NCBI GenBank assembly: GCA_045105515.1
Contig: JBGCDR010000191.1
Span: 1-49,893 of the forward strand
Reading direction: 5' to 3'
Source: Oligoflexales bacterium
GTDB taxonomy: Bacteria > Bdellovibrionota_B > Oligoflexia > Oligoflexales > Bog-1112
Length of the DNA: 49,893 nucleotides
Part shown: positions 48,629 to 49,893 of the stretch, piece after piece
Layout of the letters: the number at the start of each line of letters is the position of its first letter
How positions within the stretch are numbered: the first letter of the stretch is position 1
The notes under the pieces: generated by a model
What the model saw: the letters and a program-made list of their open reading frames with translations, nothing else
Databases searched by the model: none
Told to the model about the DNA's origin: nothing
Program-made: the position numbers and the translations under genes

Positions 48629-49893
48629 ATGAAATATCACTTAACAATAATAGTTGCATTTATTTTTTATGGATGCGATGAGCTTGGATCAGTTATCAAT
48701 CAAGGGGCAAATGCTCTTCTTGAAGAGGAAAATAAGTATTCCGAAATCCCAGGAAAAAACGCCAGTGATTTTTTGGCAAAGACGTATCGGGACAATTCCG
48801 TAGACACATCTACAATTTTAGAAATTCTTAAACTAAATGAGCTTGAGTCTGATGAAGAGACAGCCTTAACAAATAGCAGTCCACCTGAAATTAGTTCACT
48901 AGCAGTAGACTCCTTGAACTCAATTCAAAGATCAATTGCTAATTTCAAGCCAGATAGTTTTTCATTAAATGATAACAGTTTTTTTACCAAAGAAAACCTC
49001 TTGCTAATGGAGAGCAACGAAACTTTTACAAACGATACAGTAAATTGGACACGAACAGAGCAAGAATTCATGATTAGCAGCTTAGATAAAATGGCAGTAA
49101 AGGATCAAGGAAAAAGGGGGACCTGTGCGAGTTTTGCCGGAATTGGGCAAATTGAAGGTTTTATAATAAAAAAATATGGACTCGAGGGGATTGATCTATC
49201 AGAACAGAGGTTCTACTACATGAGCAAGCCGGAGCATTGGAGCAATGGTGGCAATATCAACGATGCAGGATCCAATTCAGGCACAGGCCTTGCGAAAAGC
49301 AAAGGCTATGAATTTGATGGCCACACCTATCCTCCAAACTCACCGCAAACCTTCAATATACCTCTAGAGGCTGACTGTCCTTATAACCAAGAACTTACTG
49401 AAAATGACCTCCAAACTCCGCAAGATTCCGCATGCGAAACCGGTGTAGCTCGTGTGGATGATTTCACCGCCTGGGTCTTCAACTGGGAAGATAGGCCAAA
49501 ATACGCACAGGATATCTACAATATTATTGCGAATGATGATATCCCTGTCGTTATTGCCACAAAACTCAGCGAAAATTGGGAAAAAAATGACGGAATGATC
49601 ACCTTAGCAAAAGCGGGAAATGTAGGTGACTCTACCCATGCAGCCGGTCATGCATATTTGGTTGTAGGAGCTAGAAAGCTCGATGATGACAAATACCCAA
49701 ATGAAGGAGGCGTGTGCTTCATCATAAAGAATAGCTGGGGTAAAGGTTGGGGTATCAATGGCATCTCGTGCATAACACTTGCTTGGTTTAACGAATGGAG
49801 ATATCCATTCGGTTTCCCAAGTGTTAAAGATGTCAGCATCGATACAGAAAAGCTTGAAGTATCAAAAGAAAACCTAGACACACGGCCCGAGGA
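48629..49893 (+). CDS. Papain-family (C1A) cysteine peptidase lipoprotein, 3'-truncated by window edge
   Basis: Open frame from ATG 48629 (MKYHLTIIVAFIFYG-C lipobox). It contains VKDQGKRGTCASFA (catalytic Cys at 49124), DLSEQ, CPY, GHAYLVVG and IKNSWGKGWG. Absent from the ORF track because there is no stop in the window. Confidence 0.92.
   Translation, partial: MKYHLTIIVAFIFYGCDELGSVINQGANALLEEENKYSEIPGKNASDFLAKTYRDNSVDTSTILEILKLNELESDEETALTNSSPPEISSLAVDSLNSIQRSIANFKPDSFSLNDNSFFTKENLLLMESNETFTNDTVNWTRTEQEFMISSLDKMAVKDQGKRGTCASFAGIGQIEGFIIKKYGLEGIDLSEQRFYYMSKPEHWSNGGNINDAGSNSGTGLAKSKGYEFDGHTYPPNSPQTFNIPLEADCPYNQELTENDLQTPQDSACETGVARVDDFTAWVFNWEDRPKYAQDIYNIIANDDIPVVIATKLSENWEKNDGMITLAKAGNVGDSTHAAGHAYLVVGARKLDDDKYPNEGGVCFIIKNSWGKGWGINGISCITLAWFNEWRYPFGFPSVKDVSIDTEKLEVSKENLDTRPE

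Noticed and set aside
49648..49881. 77-aa minus-strand ORF
   Set aside because: It is antisense to the catalytic region of the C1A peptidase.
1..49893. CRISPR array, tRNA, rRNA
   Set aside because: No regularly spaced repeats, cloverleaf/T-loop motifs or rRNA-like blocks were seen; the window is almost fully coding.

Overview
This is an AT-rich bacterial chromosomal segment with no rRNA, tRNA or CRISPR array visible. Gene content and order suggest a Bdellovibrionota/Oligoflexia-like organism (inference): csrA-fliW, rho-rpmE-prfA-prmC, uppS-cdsA-rseP without dxr, many orphan lipoproteins and sigma28-like promoters. The left end (1-11 kb) is accessory. It has the right end of an IS5-like (DDE_Tnp_4) element that appears to truncate a lipoprotein gene, pspB-pspC without pspA, and a VOC protein. 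It also has an 838-aa helical-repeat protein ending in a HEPN-like RxxxxH domain, convergent with a CHASE2-like/GAF-like class III cyclase, followed by a gingipain-R-like C25 protease. The centre (11-46 kb) is mostly housekeeping: fliW, csrA, class IV aminotransferase, rimO, rho, rpmE, prfA, prmC, rsmI-like, uppS, cdsA, rseP, tsaB, pssA, asd, truA, TPR plus LolB-like lipoproteins, dppD/F-like ATPases, murG, mlaE, bolA, nudC, yadGH, ubiX and proline dehydrogenase. It also holds stand-alone fragments of type II secretion/type IV pilus domains. The right end has a LamG lipoprotein split by an in-frame TGA, a minimal GIY-YIG-like protein, and a papain-family (C1A) lipoprotein protease that runs off the window and is missing from the ORF track. 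The best leads are the HEPN-like protein and its cyclase neighbour, a putative sigma28 regulon of exported proteases/lipoproteins, and the orphan secretin-N0 and degenerate MshEN proteins. All calls come from motif reading by eye; no searches were run.
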